Notes: generated by a model from the letters alone, not told the origin. 64,000 bases of DNA from an uncultured Flavobacteriaceae bacterium (GCA_964350765.1 CAYGMB010000002.1:22774-86773); one strand, 5' to 3'. Positions 6,897-13,366 are shown, counted from the stretch's first letter. Translations and numbers: made by a program.

Positions 6897-7854
6897 TTAA
6901 TTTGCTTTTAATCTCCTCAAACAGTTCAGGATTATCCATTAATATCTCTTTCACGGAGCCTATACCTTGTCCTAACTTAGTATCGGCATAGGAAAACCAA
7001 GAACCACTTTTATTAACTATACCTGCTTCTACAGCCAAATCTATAAGTTCAAGTTCTTTATCTATACCTTGTCCATAAATAATAGATGTCTCTACTACAG
7101 AGTCTTTAATACCATAATTGGCTTTTATAAGTTTAAACTTATGTTTTGACGATATACCTTCTTCACCTTTTAGTGGTGTACACTTAATCCTTGTCCTTGC
7201 ATAATAAGCCCAAGCCTTACCTCCTGTTGTGACATTAGGGTCTCCATAACCACCTATTTGACTTCTTAATTGATTTATAACAAAAAAAGTAGTTCTATTT
7301 TTTGATAGATGTGGCATAATCTTCCTAAGACCTTTAGAGTTCATTCTTGCTGCCAAGGCCATATTAGCGTCTCCAACCGAACCCTCGTCTTCTTTTTCAG
7401 GTAATAACAAAGCTACTGAATCTAATACTACAAGACCTCCTTTTACGTTTCTGCAGAACTCAATTATTATATCCCAAGCTTGTTCTCCCGTATCGGGTTT
7501 TACTAATATAAAATTATCGGTTATATTTAAACCTATAGCTTCATTATATTCAGGGTCATAGACATCTTCTAAATCCACCCATAAAATTGGTTCGTTAGGG
7601 TATGTTTTTTGAAACTCTGTTGCTCCGTGTAAACAGCTTGTTGTTTTTCCTCCACCAGGGTCTCCTGAAAACTCAACAACCTTCCCTTTAGGATAACCGC
7701 CTTTTAATGCAATATCCATTTTAGGGGAACCTGTTGGAAATTTCTCTATTACCCTTTCAGCTAAATCTTTTACTATAATTCCACTGTTTTTTCCAAACAT
7801 TTTGTGAATAGTATCCTTAAATGATTGTAATTCGGTTGTATTTTCTTTTGCCAT
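6877..7854 (-). CDS. recA: RecA-family recombinase
   Basis: 325 aa. Walker A GGYPKGKVVEFSGDPGGGKTTSCLH, Walker B LVVLDSVALL, FFVINQLRSQIGGYGDPNVTTGGKAWAYYARTRI (RecA L2/FINQ region), and a RecA-like C-terminal domain ELIDLAVEAGIVNKSGSWFSY...LGQG. Confidence 0.92.
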   Translation of the reverse strand: MAKENTTELQSFKDTIHKMFGKNSGIIVKDLAERVIEKFPTGSPKMDIALKGGYPKGKVVEFSGDPGGGKTTSCLHGATEFQKTYPNEPILWVDLEDVYDPEYNEAIGLNITDNFILVKPDTGEQAWDIIIEFCRNVKGGLVVLDSVALLLPEKEDEGSVGDANMALAARMNSKGLRKIMPHLSKNRTTFFVINQLRSQIGGYGDPNVTTGGKAWAYYARTRIKCTPLKGEEGISSKHKFKLIKANYGIKDSVVETSIIYGQGIDKELELIDLAVEAGIVNKSGSWFSYADTKLGQGIGSVKEILMDNPELFEEIKSKLSEKEVS

Positions 7855-8223
7855 TTATAATCTTTTTAATCTGAATAATTGTAGTCCTAAAAATTTTGGG
7901 AGTCTGATTTCTCTTCTTTCCTCTTTTTCTTTTTTATACTCTTCGTACATTTTATTAATTTGCATATTTTTCTCTTTCATAAACTCGTATGTTTTTTCAT
8001 ACGACTCTTTTAATTCTTGAATAACATCTTGTTCATTTTCAGTAATTATCTTTGGAAAATTTCTTATACCAAAAAAGTTATTAATTGTATCTGCTTGTAA
8101 TTTATCAATAACTACTATTTTTTTATTTGTTTTATGTATACTCTCTATAAAATCTTCTAATTTTTTAATTTTATTTAAAAGTTCGTCATATTCATTATCG
8201 AATAGGGTTACTGTCTTTTTCAT
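7855..8223 (-). CDS. hypothetical protein (122 aa, Lys/Glu-rich)
   Basis: ORF track. The stop abuts the recA start, and there is a 4-nt ATGA-type overlap with the upstream ORF. Confidence 0.6.
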   Translation of the reverse strand: MKKTVTLFDNEYDELLNKIKKLEDFIESIHKTNKKIVVIDKLQADTINNFFGIRNFPKIITENEQDVIQELKESYEKTYEFMKEKNMQINKMYEEYKKEKEERREIRLPKFLGLQLFRLKRL

Positions 8224-8405
8224 ATTAATTTTTTTCGTTTTAAATATTTTATAAAATGTTCTGTTTCTTCTTTATCTTCTATTCCTCCCGCACAAAGTGT
8301 TGGTATTCCTTCTATTAATTTATAATGTTTGTAGTTTACAAACCAATTTTGAGAACCATCACGGAATTGTTTAACTATTATTTTGTTTTCTTTTCTGATA
8401 AGCAA
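8220..8405 (-). CDS. hypothetical protein (61 aa, TTG start)
   Basis: ORF track. It is translationally coupled (ATGA overlap) to 7855-8223. The only available start is a TTG that coincides with a -7-like box, so the start is uncertain. Confidence 0.45.
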   Translation of the reverse strand: MLIRKENKIIVKQFRDGSQNWFVNYKHYKLIEGIPTLCAGGIEDKEETEHFIKYLKRKKLI

Positions 8406-8470
8406 ATATAATTAAAAGCTAACTACCATAAAAATATTTAACAATGTTTTAACTTTTTAAGGTATTTATA

Positions 8471-8672
8471 AAGGAACCCCTATACCCATGCATATATTTA
8501 ATTAAAGCAAACCAAAATTTTTAGTTAATACTTAATATAATATATAATGAATATAATAGAGAATACTCTCTATGTTAGCTCTTGTTTATCCTTCCCATGA
8601 TAAGGTGTTAATTATCCAAAAACCTAAATAAGGCTTATACATGCATGTGGGGACGTGAGTTGACGGTTCCTT
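8471..8672. other. long-range inverted repeat enclosing a very AT-rich 150-bp core (candidate origin or structured leader)
   Basis: AAGGAACC (8471-8478) pairs perfectly with GGTTCCTT (8665-8672). CCCATGCAT (8485-8493) pairs with ATGCATGtGG (8641-8650). The core holds AATATAAT twice (8534-8541, 8550-8557) plus TATATAAT (8541-8548). Confidence 0.35.
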
Positions 8673-8837
8673 GGCGAATATCTCTAGGTACAATTTTTAT
8701 TGTACATAGGTGTATAATATTGGCAATCATTGCTCACTTTCATTAACTTCAAGAACTGTATTTAAGAACATGATTACCTAATCAATACTTCGGTTCAAGT
8801 CTTAATGTTGTTTGAGTAGGTCAAACCAAATAAACAC

Positions 8838-8885
8838 CAAATAAAAACGGATAAACCTCGTCTCGAAAGACGACCATTTATCCGT
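8838..8885 (-). terminator. strong intrinsic terminator (minus strand)
   Basis: Minus-strand ACGGATAAA-TGG-TCGTC-TTTCGA-GACGA-GG-TTTATCCGT (8847-8885; 9 bp plus 5 bp stem), followed by TTTTTATTTGG. Confidence 0.7.
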
Positions 8886-8966
8886 AAATTTATTTATATT
8901 TCATATACAAAAAAACTCCTTTTAAAAAAATTAAGTGCGGGGACAATTAATAAATCTTAAGGAGTT

Positions 8967-8998
8967 TTTGTATATTTATAGATTTACTAATATATTTG
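8967..8998 (+). promoter_or_regulatory. Bacteroidetes-type promoter, rightward
   Basis: TTTG (8967-8970), 20-nt spacer, TATATTTG (8991-8998). Confidence 0.55.
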
Positions 8999-9012
8999 TC
9001 CCACACAAGATG

Positions 9013-9044
9013 CAAACATATAACATCTTTTTGGAATTACCAAA
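9013..9044 (-). promoter_or_regulatory. Bacteroidetes-type promoter, leftward
   Basis: Minus strand: TTTG (9041-9044), 20-nt spacer, TATGTTTG (9013-9020). Confidence 0.6.
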
Positions 9045-9136
9045 TATATTAAGAAAATTTTAATACTTTATTTTTTAGAATCACAAATTTGGATATCTAA
9101 AAATCATTTTGTAAGTTAGTGTTTTGTTTAACATTA

Positions 9137-9180
9137 AAACCCTCAATCATCGGTGTTCAAAGGTTGGGGGTTTCTTTTAT
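9137..9180 (+). terminator. possible terminator or attenuator hairpin
   Basis: AAACCCTCAA (9137-9146) / TTGGGGGTTT (9164-9173): 10 bp with one A-G mismatch and a 17-nt loop, followed by CTTTTAT. Confidence 0.3.
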
Positions 9181-9199
9181 CAAATAGGCTTTTATACTT

Positions 9200-9230
9200 T
9201 TTGTAGTTTAAAGGTCTTTACGTATATTTG
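9200..9230 (+). promoter_or_regulatory. Bacteroidetes-type promoter
   Basis: TTTG (9200-9203), 19-nt spacer, TATATTTG (9223-9230), 28 nt upstream of the ATG at 9259. Confidence 0.6.
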
Positions 9231-9258
9231 CTTGATTAATCTTAAAAACAACATTATA

Positions 9259-9468
9259 ATGTTAAAATCAATTTTTGAAAAAGCAAGAGATTGGTGGACT
9301 AAAGCAGGATTTGAAAGCGTCGGTTTCTTAGGAGGCTTTTTATTATTAAAAGCTTTTGGGTACTCCACATTTGCAACAGCAGCACTTACTATATTCATAT
9401 ATGTAAATGCAAAGGTAATTTGGTCTTGGATTGTAAAAGGAGCAAAAGCTCTTTGGACAAAAGATTAA
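9259..9468 (+). CDS. small membrane protein (69 aa, two hydrophobic helices)
   Basis: ORF track frame, started at ATG 9259 (MLKSIFEKARDWW...). The TTG at 9124 would place the promoter 9200-9230 inside the gene. Hydrophobic stretches: VGFLGGFLLLKAF and FATAALTIFIYV. It has its own promoter and terminator. Confidence 0.65.
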   Translation: MLKSIFEKARDWWTKAGFESVGFLGGFLLLKAFGYSTFATAALTIFIYVNAKVIWSWIVKGAKALWTKD

Positions 9469-9492
9469 CTATTACCACCTAACAAAACATTG

Positions 9493-9514
9493 AGCCCCTA
9501 CATAGGGGCTTTTT
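9493..9514. terminator. bidirectional terminator hairpin between convergent genes
   Basis: AGCCCC-TACATA-GGGGCT (9493-9510) followed by TTTT. It lies between the stop of 9259-9468 (+) and the stop of 9513-9776 (-). Confidence 0.65.
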
Positions 9515-9776
9515 AGTTTAAATCCAAAACATCTTCAGGCAACTCCTGAGAAGGCTTAAACTTAATATTACAATCAAAGAAGAGTTCTAAATACTTAGCT
9601 TGTTTTCTTATTGAAATCTCTTCAGAGCTAAAGTAATACTCCTCGAACATCTTAAAAATAAGATTATCCCAAAAATCTTGATTTTCTTTTATATACCGTC
9701 TATTTATTACTACCTTACTTAAATTATCTAATAGAACTTCTTCATATTCTATTTGACCTAACTTTTGTTCTTGCAT
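9513..9776 (-). CDS. hypothetical protein (87 aa from ATG 9774-9776)
   Basis: ORF track frame. The TTG at 9792-9794 used by the track is part of the -7 box, so I start at the in-frame ATG (MQEQKLGQIEYEE...). Confidence 0.6.
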   Translation of the reverse strand: MQEQKLGQIEYEEVLLDNLSKVVINRRYIKENQDFWDNLIFKMFEEYYFSSEEISIRKQAKYLELFFDCNIKFKPSQELPEDVLDLN

Positions 9777-9791
9777 CTTTTTTGGTTTTTG

Positions 9792-9823
9792 CAAATATAT
9801 ATTTTAATATACATATCTGCAAA
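9792..9823 (-). promoter_or_regulatory. Bacteroidetes-type promoter, leftward
   Basis: Minus strand: TTTG (9820-9823), 20-nt spacer, TATATTTG (9792-9799), 15 nt upstream of the ATG at 9776. Confidence 0.65.
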
Positions 9824-9868
9824 TATATAAATGTTATTTTAATGTACAAGTTAATTATATGTTAAATT

Positions 9869-9900
9869 TTTGGTAAATTCAAATATTTAACATATTTTTG
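9869..9900 (+). promoter_or_regulatory. Bacteroidetes-type promoter, rightward
   Basis: TTTG (9869-9872), 20-nt spacer, TATTTTTG (9893-9900), 13 nt upstream of the ATG at 9914. Confidence 0.65.
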
Positions 9901-9913
9901 TTTGAAAATAAAT

Positions 9914-10207
9914 ATGAGACAAAGGTTTTACAGATTTTTTGTTGTGAACATTGTCAATTTTTTATACTTAGAAGGTCATGAAGTGTTACATGATAATAGT
10001 TATGGCATTACAATGGATTGTAATGTAGAGCAAATTGTAATACCAAGATTTAATATAGGTTTTGTACAAGTGTATTTTGTAAGGGATAATAGAATAGTTG
10101 ATAGATTTATGACCACAACAAAGTACAGAAAAAATGCAGAAAAAAAGTTCAAAAAGTTTTACAAAAAAAGAATGATGGCTACGTTAGCCGAAGTAGATAA
10201 TTTATGA
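9914..10207 (+). CDS. hypothetical protein (97 aa)
   Basis: ORF track frame, started at ATG 9914 (MRQRFYRFF...). The TTG at 9902 lies immediately after the -7 box. Confidence 0.55.
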   Translation: MRQRFYRFFVVNIVNFLYLEGHEVLHDNSYGITMDCNVEQIVIPRFNIGFVQVYFVRDNRIVDRFMTTTKYRKNAEKKFKKFYKKRMMATLAEVDNL

Positions 10208-10452
10208 AGCAACCAAAAGTATTTAGGAAAGATATTATAGTTACAATGCCACCTCAGATAAAATTATCAGATGAAGATACATCTGCAGAGGTAGAGGCTA
10301 TAGTGGCATTTAAAGGAGCAGACGTAGAAGATTTTGAAATAGGAGATAAGGTGCTTATCAATAAAAACAAAGCTACCGAAATAAAATATTTTGACAAAGA
10401 ATATTGGAAAACCTATGAAAGTTATATTATCTGCGGTATAGAAGAAAAATAG
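10204..10452 (+). CDS. possible GroES/Cpn10-like co-chaperonin (82 aa)
   Basis: By-eye pattern match to Cpn10: FRKDIIV (GroES LHDRVIV), AEVEAIVAFKG (GEVLAVGNG), FEIGDKVLINKN (VKVGDIVIFNDG), YESYIICGIEE (ESDILAIVEA). The mobile-loop region looks shortened. Not verified by any profile. Confidence 0.35.
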   Translation: MKQPKVFRKDIIVTMPPQIKLSDEDTSAEVEAIVAFKGADVEDFEIGDKVLINKNKATEIKYFDKEYWKTYESYIICGIEEK

Positions 10453-10458
10453 GATATT

Positions 10459-10824
10459 GTGGCAATAGCATATAAAGTAGATTTTAAATATAAAAACGAT
10501 GTAGACCTATTAGAGGTTGTTATGTCAATATTTTCAAGTACAGTCTTAAAAGAAGAACTTTCCAATAAAGAGAGAACAGTATTAAGAGAATATATTGTAA
10601 ACGGCTATTCCAAACAAACTAAAAACTCTATAAAACTTTCTTTAGGAATGAAAGATGCTAATTTAAACACACTAAATTACCATCTGCAGAAAAAAGGTTT
10701 TTTAAAACCCCACCCTAAAAATCAAAGATTGAAACTTCTAAATGAAGAGCTTATAGAGCTAAGAGATACTTTCTTAGAAGGTAAGGGTAAAAAAATGTAC
10801 ATAATAAATTTTGTAAGTGAGTAA
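10459..10824 (+). CDS. putative winged-helix DNA-binding protein (121 aa, GTG start)
   Basis: LSNKERTVLREYIVNGYS... and SIKLSLGMKDANLNTLNYHLQKKGFL resemble an HTH recognition unit followed by a K-G-hydrophobic wing start. Confidence 0.35.
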   Translation: MAIAYKVDFKYKNDVDLLEVVMSIFSSTVLKEELSNKERTVLREYIVNGYSKQTKNSIKLSLGMKDANLNTLNYHLQKKGFLKPHPKNQRLKLLNEELIELRDTFLEGKGKKMYIINFVSE

Positions 10825-11188
10825 CGTATTTTCAAATAGAGAGGATATAGCAAAAGCGTATTCTGAGAAGAGAAAAAATCTTCCCCAAGAAGAAGCTGAG
10901 GATTTATTAAATTGCATGTTAGGTTATCTGAAACAAGTGACTTCTGATAAAGAGACATATGCAGTTAGGTTAGGTACATTAGGATTTATGTACAGAAAAT
11001 TTGCACCTGAAAGAAAAAAAAGTAGAGGGCTGTCAGTAACAAGTAATCATGAGTTGATAGATAAAATGATTGTGGAGTTATCCCTAAACAACGATAATAG
11101 ATTAAACCCTCTAATAAGAAAAAGTTTTTTGGATAAAGAATATAAAGGGTTGTCAATAGAAGAAATACAAGATATTCAAAATGCTTAA
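10817..11188 (+). CDS. hypothetical protein (123 aa, GTG start)
   Basis: ORF track; overlapping junctions with same-strand neighbours. Confidence 0.5.
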   Translation: MSNVFSNREDIAKAYSEKRKNLPQEEAEDLLNCMLGYLKQVTSDKETYAVRLGTLGFMYRKFAPERKKSRGLSVTSNHELIDKMIVELSLNNDNRLNPLIRKSFLDKEYKGLSIEEIQDIQNA

Positions 11189-11483
11189 GAAAATTAGAAC
11201 AATTGTCCTTTCGAGATTTAAAAAAGAAAACCAAGAAGAGTGGGTGGAAGTCAGAAGAAGCATATGTAAATCATGTGTATTCAACAGCAAAAACCAAGAA
11301 AAAATAAAACTAAACAAGCGTGTGTTAATTTTATTATCTGACTTCTACTCTTTTATAACGGGAAATAAGAAAAAAGATAATTTAGGAAATTGTACAGCAT
11401 GTGATTCTTGTTCAATTTATTACAAAACTTTAGAGCCCTATGAATCATGCCCTAAAGGTAAATGGGATTATATAATAGATTAA
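11181..11483 (+). CDS. hypothetical Cys-rich (zinc-ribbon-like) protein (100 aa)
   Basis: CKSC ... CTACDSC ... CPKGKW cysteine pairs; same-strand packing. Confidence 0.5.
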   Translation: MLKKIRTIVLSRFKKENQEEWVEVRRSICKSCVFNSKNQEKIKLNKRVLILLSDFYSFITGNKKKDNLGNCTACDSCSIYYKTLEPYESCPKGKWDYIID

Positions 11484-11484
11484 T

Positions 11485-11643
11485 ATGATATTACAAGAAA
11501 TAGATAGTAATGGCTACGATAGTTTTTATAATTACAAAATAATAAATACTCATAATGGTAATTATAAATTATTAAACTTATTAAAAACATCCATTTATGG
11601 AGAAAACACTAACATATATAGAGAATTTTTAAAATTATGTTAA
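11485..11643 (+). CDS. hypothetical small protein (52 aa)
   Basis: Translated by hand (below the ORF-track cut-off): MILQEIDSNGYDSFYNYKIINTHNGNYKLLNLLKTSIYGENTNIYREFLKLC. The ATG lies 1 nt after the preceding stop. Confidence 0.4.
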   Translation: MILQEIDSNGYDSFYNYKIINTHNGNYKLLNLLKTSIYGENTNIYREFLKLC

Positions 11644-11646
11644 ATC

Positions 11647-11790
11647 ATGAACACACCATTTTACATTTATGAGGAGCCTAAAAACCCTTTCCTAAAATAT
11701 GAGTATGTAGAAGGGCAATTATTTAACGACCCAACTGACCTTAAAAATAACACATACACAATATGGAAGAATAAGTATAAAAGATTATAA
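11647..11790 (+). CDS. hypothetical small protein (47 aa)
   Basis: Translated by hand: MNTPFYIYEEPKNPFLKYEYVEGQLFNDPTDLKNNTYTIWKNKYKRL. The ATG lies 3 nt after the preceding stop. Confidence 0.4.
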   Translation: MNTPFYIYEEPKNPFLKYEYVEGQLFNDPTDLKNNTYTIWKNKYKRL

Positions 11791-11847
11791 AAAACAATTC
11801 GATTCTTACGAAGAGAAATCTAAGTGGAGGAGAAAAAACAATAGCTT

Positions 11848-12045
11848 ATGATATTTACAAAGAAAAAAGACATTTTAGTTATAGATTTAGCCCATTTACC
11901 TGCAGAAGTTCAAGATGAAAGTTTAGATGATTTAAGACTTAAATACGAAAAAGAATTAGATGCTAAAATTATATTTATTGATGCTTCTAGGATAAATGCA
12001 TATACAGTAAATGGGCAAGTAAGACCACCAATATATAAGTTATGA
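11848..12045 (+). CDS. hypothetical protein (65 aa)
   Basis: ORF track; ATGA overlap with the next ORF. Confidence 0.5.
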   Translation: MIFTKKKDILVIDLAHLPAEVQDESLDDLRLKYEKELDAKIIFIDASRINAYTVNGQVRPPIYKL

Positions 12046-12323
12046 AATTACAATTAAATTACGACACAAAAACAATAACATTAGCTGAAAAAGTAGAATT
12101 ACACAAGCTAATAGAATGGTGTGAAAAACACATAGACGATATTGAAGATTGGACGTTGGATACAAACACCACAGTGACTTGGACAAACCCAATAGTAATA
12201 AGAGACTATACCTATCCAAGAACATATACACCTTGGTGGGAGTATGTACCAACAACCTCACCATATTATACAACAGATATAAATACGATTTCAGGAACCT
12301 ATAACGTTGAAATAAATGCTTAA
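12042..12323 (+). CDS. hypothetical protein (93 aa, Thr/Tyr/Trp-rich)
   Basis: ORF track; coupled junctions on both sides. Confidence 0.55.
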   Translation: MKLQLNYDTKTITLAEKVELHKLIEWCEKHIDDIEDWTLDTNTTVTWTNPIVIRDYTYPRTYTPWWEYVPTTSPYYTTDINTISGTYNVEINA

Positions 12324-12645
12324 GTTTTATACAAACACACAAGGAATAACACATACACCAAGTACATCAACAGAAACTTTTGATTTTGGAACGGTGAAAA
12401 AAAACCACAACACCACTTTAAAAGTATATATAGAAGGAAATAATTTAAGTGAATTAGTTACAAAAAGTACTTGTGGATGTACAGTAGCTGACCCGCAAAG
12501 AGAAAACAACAATCTCTATTCTATAGACATAACATACAAAGACTCTCACATAACAAAACCATTTGGTAAAACAATAACTGTAGATGTAAAAGAAAATGGT
12601 GTGGTAAAAAGAAAAACAATCAAAATCAAAGGTATAATAAAATAA
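12316..12645 (+). CDS. DUF1573-like (Ig-like beta-sandwich) protein
   Basis: FDFGTVKKNHNTTLKVYIEGNN...LVTKSTCGCTVADP reproduces the FDFG-x-VK ... CGCT signature of the Bacteroidetes-typical DUF1573 family. Confidence 0.6.
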   Translation: MLKFYTNTQGITHTPSTSTETFDFGTVKKNHNTTLKVYIEGNNLSELVTKSTCGCTVADPQRENNNLYSIDITYKDSHITKPFGKTITVDVKENGVVKRKTIKIKGIIK

Positions 12646-12651
12646 CAGAAT

Positions 12652-12912
12652 ATGTCCATAAACTACAAAGGAAATTTCATAAACCAACTTTATAAAGCTA
12701 TAGAGAAAAATCCTGATTTAACATTAGGAGAACTCCTTTTTAGTTTTTTAAGAGAACCAAGATTAAGAAAACACTATTTCTACGCAAACGACGAAGAAAT
12801 ATATAACTCCTTGGAAAAATTAAATAAAGAACCAAAAGACACTGAAGATGAACCTATGGATATACAGGCTTTTGATTTTTGGGTAGAACAAATAACAATC
12901 ATAAAAAAATAA
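12652..12912 (+). CDS. hypothetical protein (86 aa)
   Basis: ORF track; same-strand packing. Confidence 0.5.
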   Translation: MSINYKGNFINQLYKAIEKNPDLTLGELLFSFLREPRLRKHYFYANDEEIYNSLEKLNKEPKDTEDEPMDIQAFDFWVEQITIIKK

Positions 12913-13365
12913 ATGGAAAACATAGATATTATCAAAGAGATATTTGAAACAACATATGTTGAATTCAAGGAGTACGAATCTTATTTACAAGCAGAAGCTA
13001 AAAAATTAGAAAAGGATAGAACTAATTTTGCAAAGTTCGCATTGGAAAATAAAAACGACATGAACTTGATTATTGAAAGGATGTTTGAAGTTAACGAAAA
13101 ACCCGCTCTTCAAAAAAACGACTTGGTAAAACTACAGAACCGTCTTATAAATATGTATGACATTATAAAAGATGTAGTAGATATACCAAAAGAAGTGAGA
13201 GAGGAAATTAATTCATTACCTAGACCAAGAATGTCTTATAAAATCGAAGAAGGCAAGGCAGTGGAAATCAACAAGGACATGAATAACGAAATTAGAAAAT
13301 TTGTCAAGGATAACAATATGGCTTTTGTAAAAGGTATTATAGAAGCCCAATCAAAAAAAGGATAA
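12913..13365 (+). CDS. hypothetical coiled-coil protein (150 aa; small-terminase position, unproven)
   Basis: It lies immediately upstream of TerL. No motif-level support for a TerS role. Confidence 0.5.
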   Translation: MENIDIIKEIFETTYVEFKEYESYLQAEAKKLEKDRTNFAKFALENKNDMNLIIERMFEVNEKPALQKNDLVKLQNRLINMYDIIKDVVDIPKEVREEINSLPRPRMSYKIEEGKAVEINKDMNNEIRKFVKDNNMAFVKGIIEAQSKKG

Positions 13366-13366
13366 T

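Larger units (their letters stand above)
8838..9007 (-). ncRNA. candidate about 170-nt non-coding RNA or leader with pseudoknot potential
   Basis: Bounded by promoter 9013-9044 (predicted TSS near 9005-9008) and terminator 8838-8885. The only ATG opens a 4-codon ORF. Two crossing 11-bp helices: AAAAACTCCTT (8911-8921) / AAGGAGTTTTT (8959-8969), and GTGCGGGGACAA (8935-8946) / TTGTCCCACAC (8996-9006). Confidence 0.5.

Noticed and set aside
8403-8410. -7-like box (minus strand TATATTTG) overlapping the TTG start of 8220-8405.
   Set aside because: No TTTG (-33) lies at 19-21 nt; the sequence there is CCATAAAAA. Using it as a promoter would leave the ORF without any start codon. I kept it only as a caveat on that gene's start.
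8534-8557. Three TATAAT hexamers as sigma-70-type -10 boxes.
   Set aside because: All other transcription units here use the Bacteroidetes TAnnTTTG/TTTG architecture. No TTGACA-like -35 lies at 17 bp. In sequence this AT-rich, TATAAT is expected by chance.
8646-8810. tmRNA- or tRNA-like strings: GGGGACGTGAGTTGACGG (resembles a tmRNA 5' end) and GGTTCAAGTC (T-loop-like) in the non-coding region.
   Set aside because: The bases flanking TTCAAGT cannot form a T-stem (ACTTCGG versus CTTAATG). No complementary acceptor 3' strand or CCA context exists at a suitable distance. No cloverleaf can be drawn on either strand.
9124-9258. N-terminal extension of the small membrane protein from the TTG at 9124 (114-aa version in the ORF track). 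Similar TTG/GTG-extended versions occur at 4235-4255, 6064-6132, 9777-9794, 9902-9913, 30960-30977, 31836-31856 and 52598-52618.
   Set aside because: The extensions run through consensus promoter boxes, a hairpin or conserved repeat-element blocks, or overlap the preceding gene. In each case an in-frame ATG with normal spacing follows.
12040-12354. 104-aa minus-strand ORF opposite 12042-12323.
   Set aside because: The plus-strand ORF is translationally coupled to its neighbours (ATGA and overlapping junctions). The minus ORF has shadow-frame composition and no promoter.
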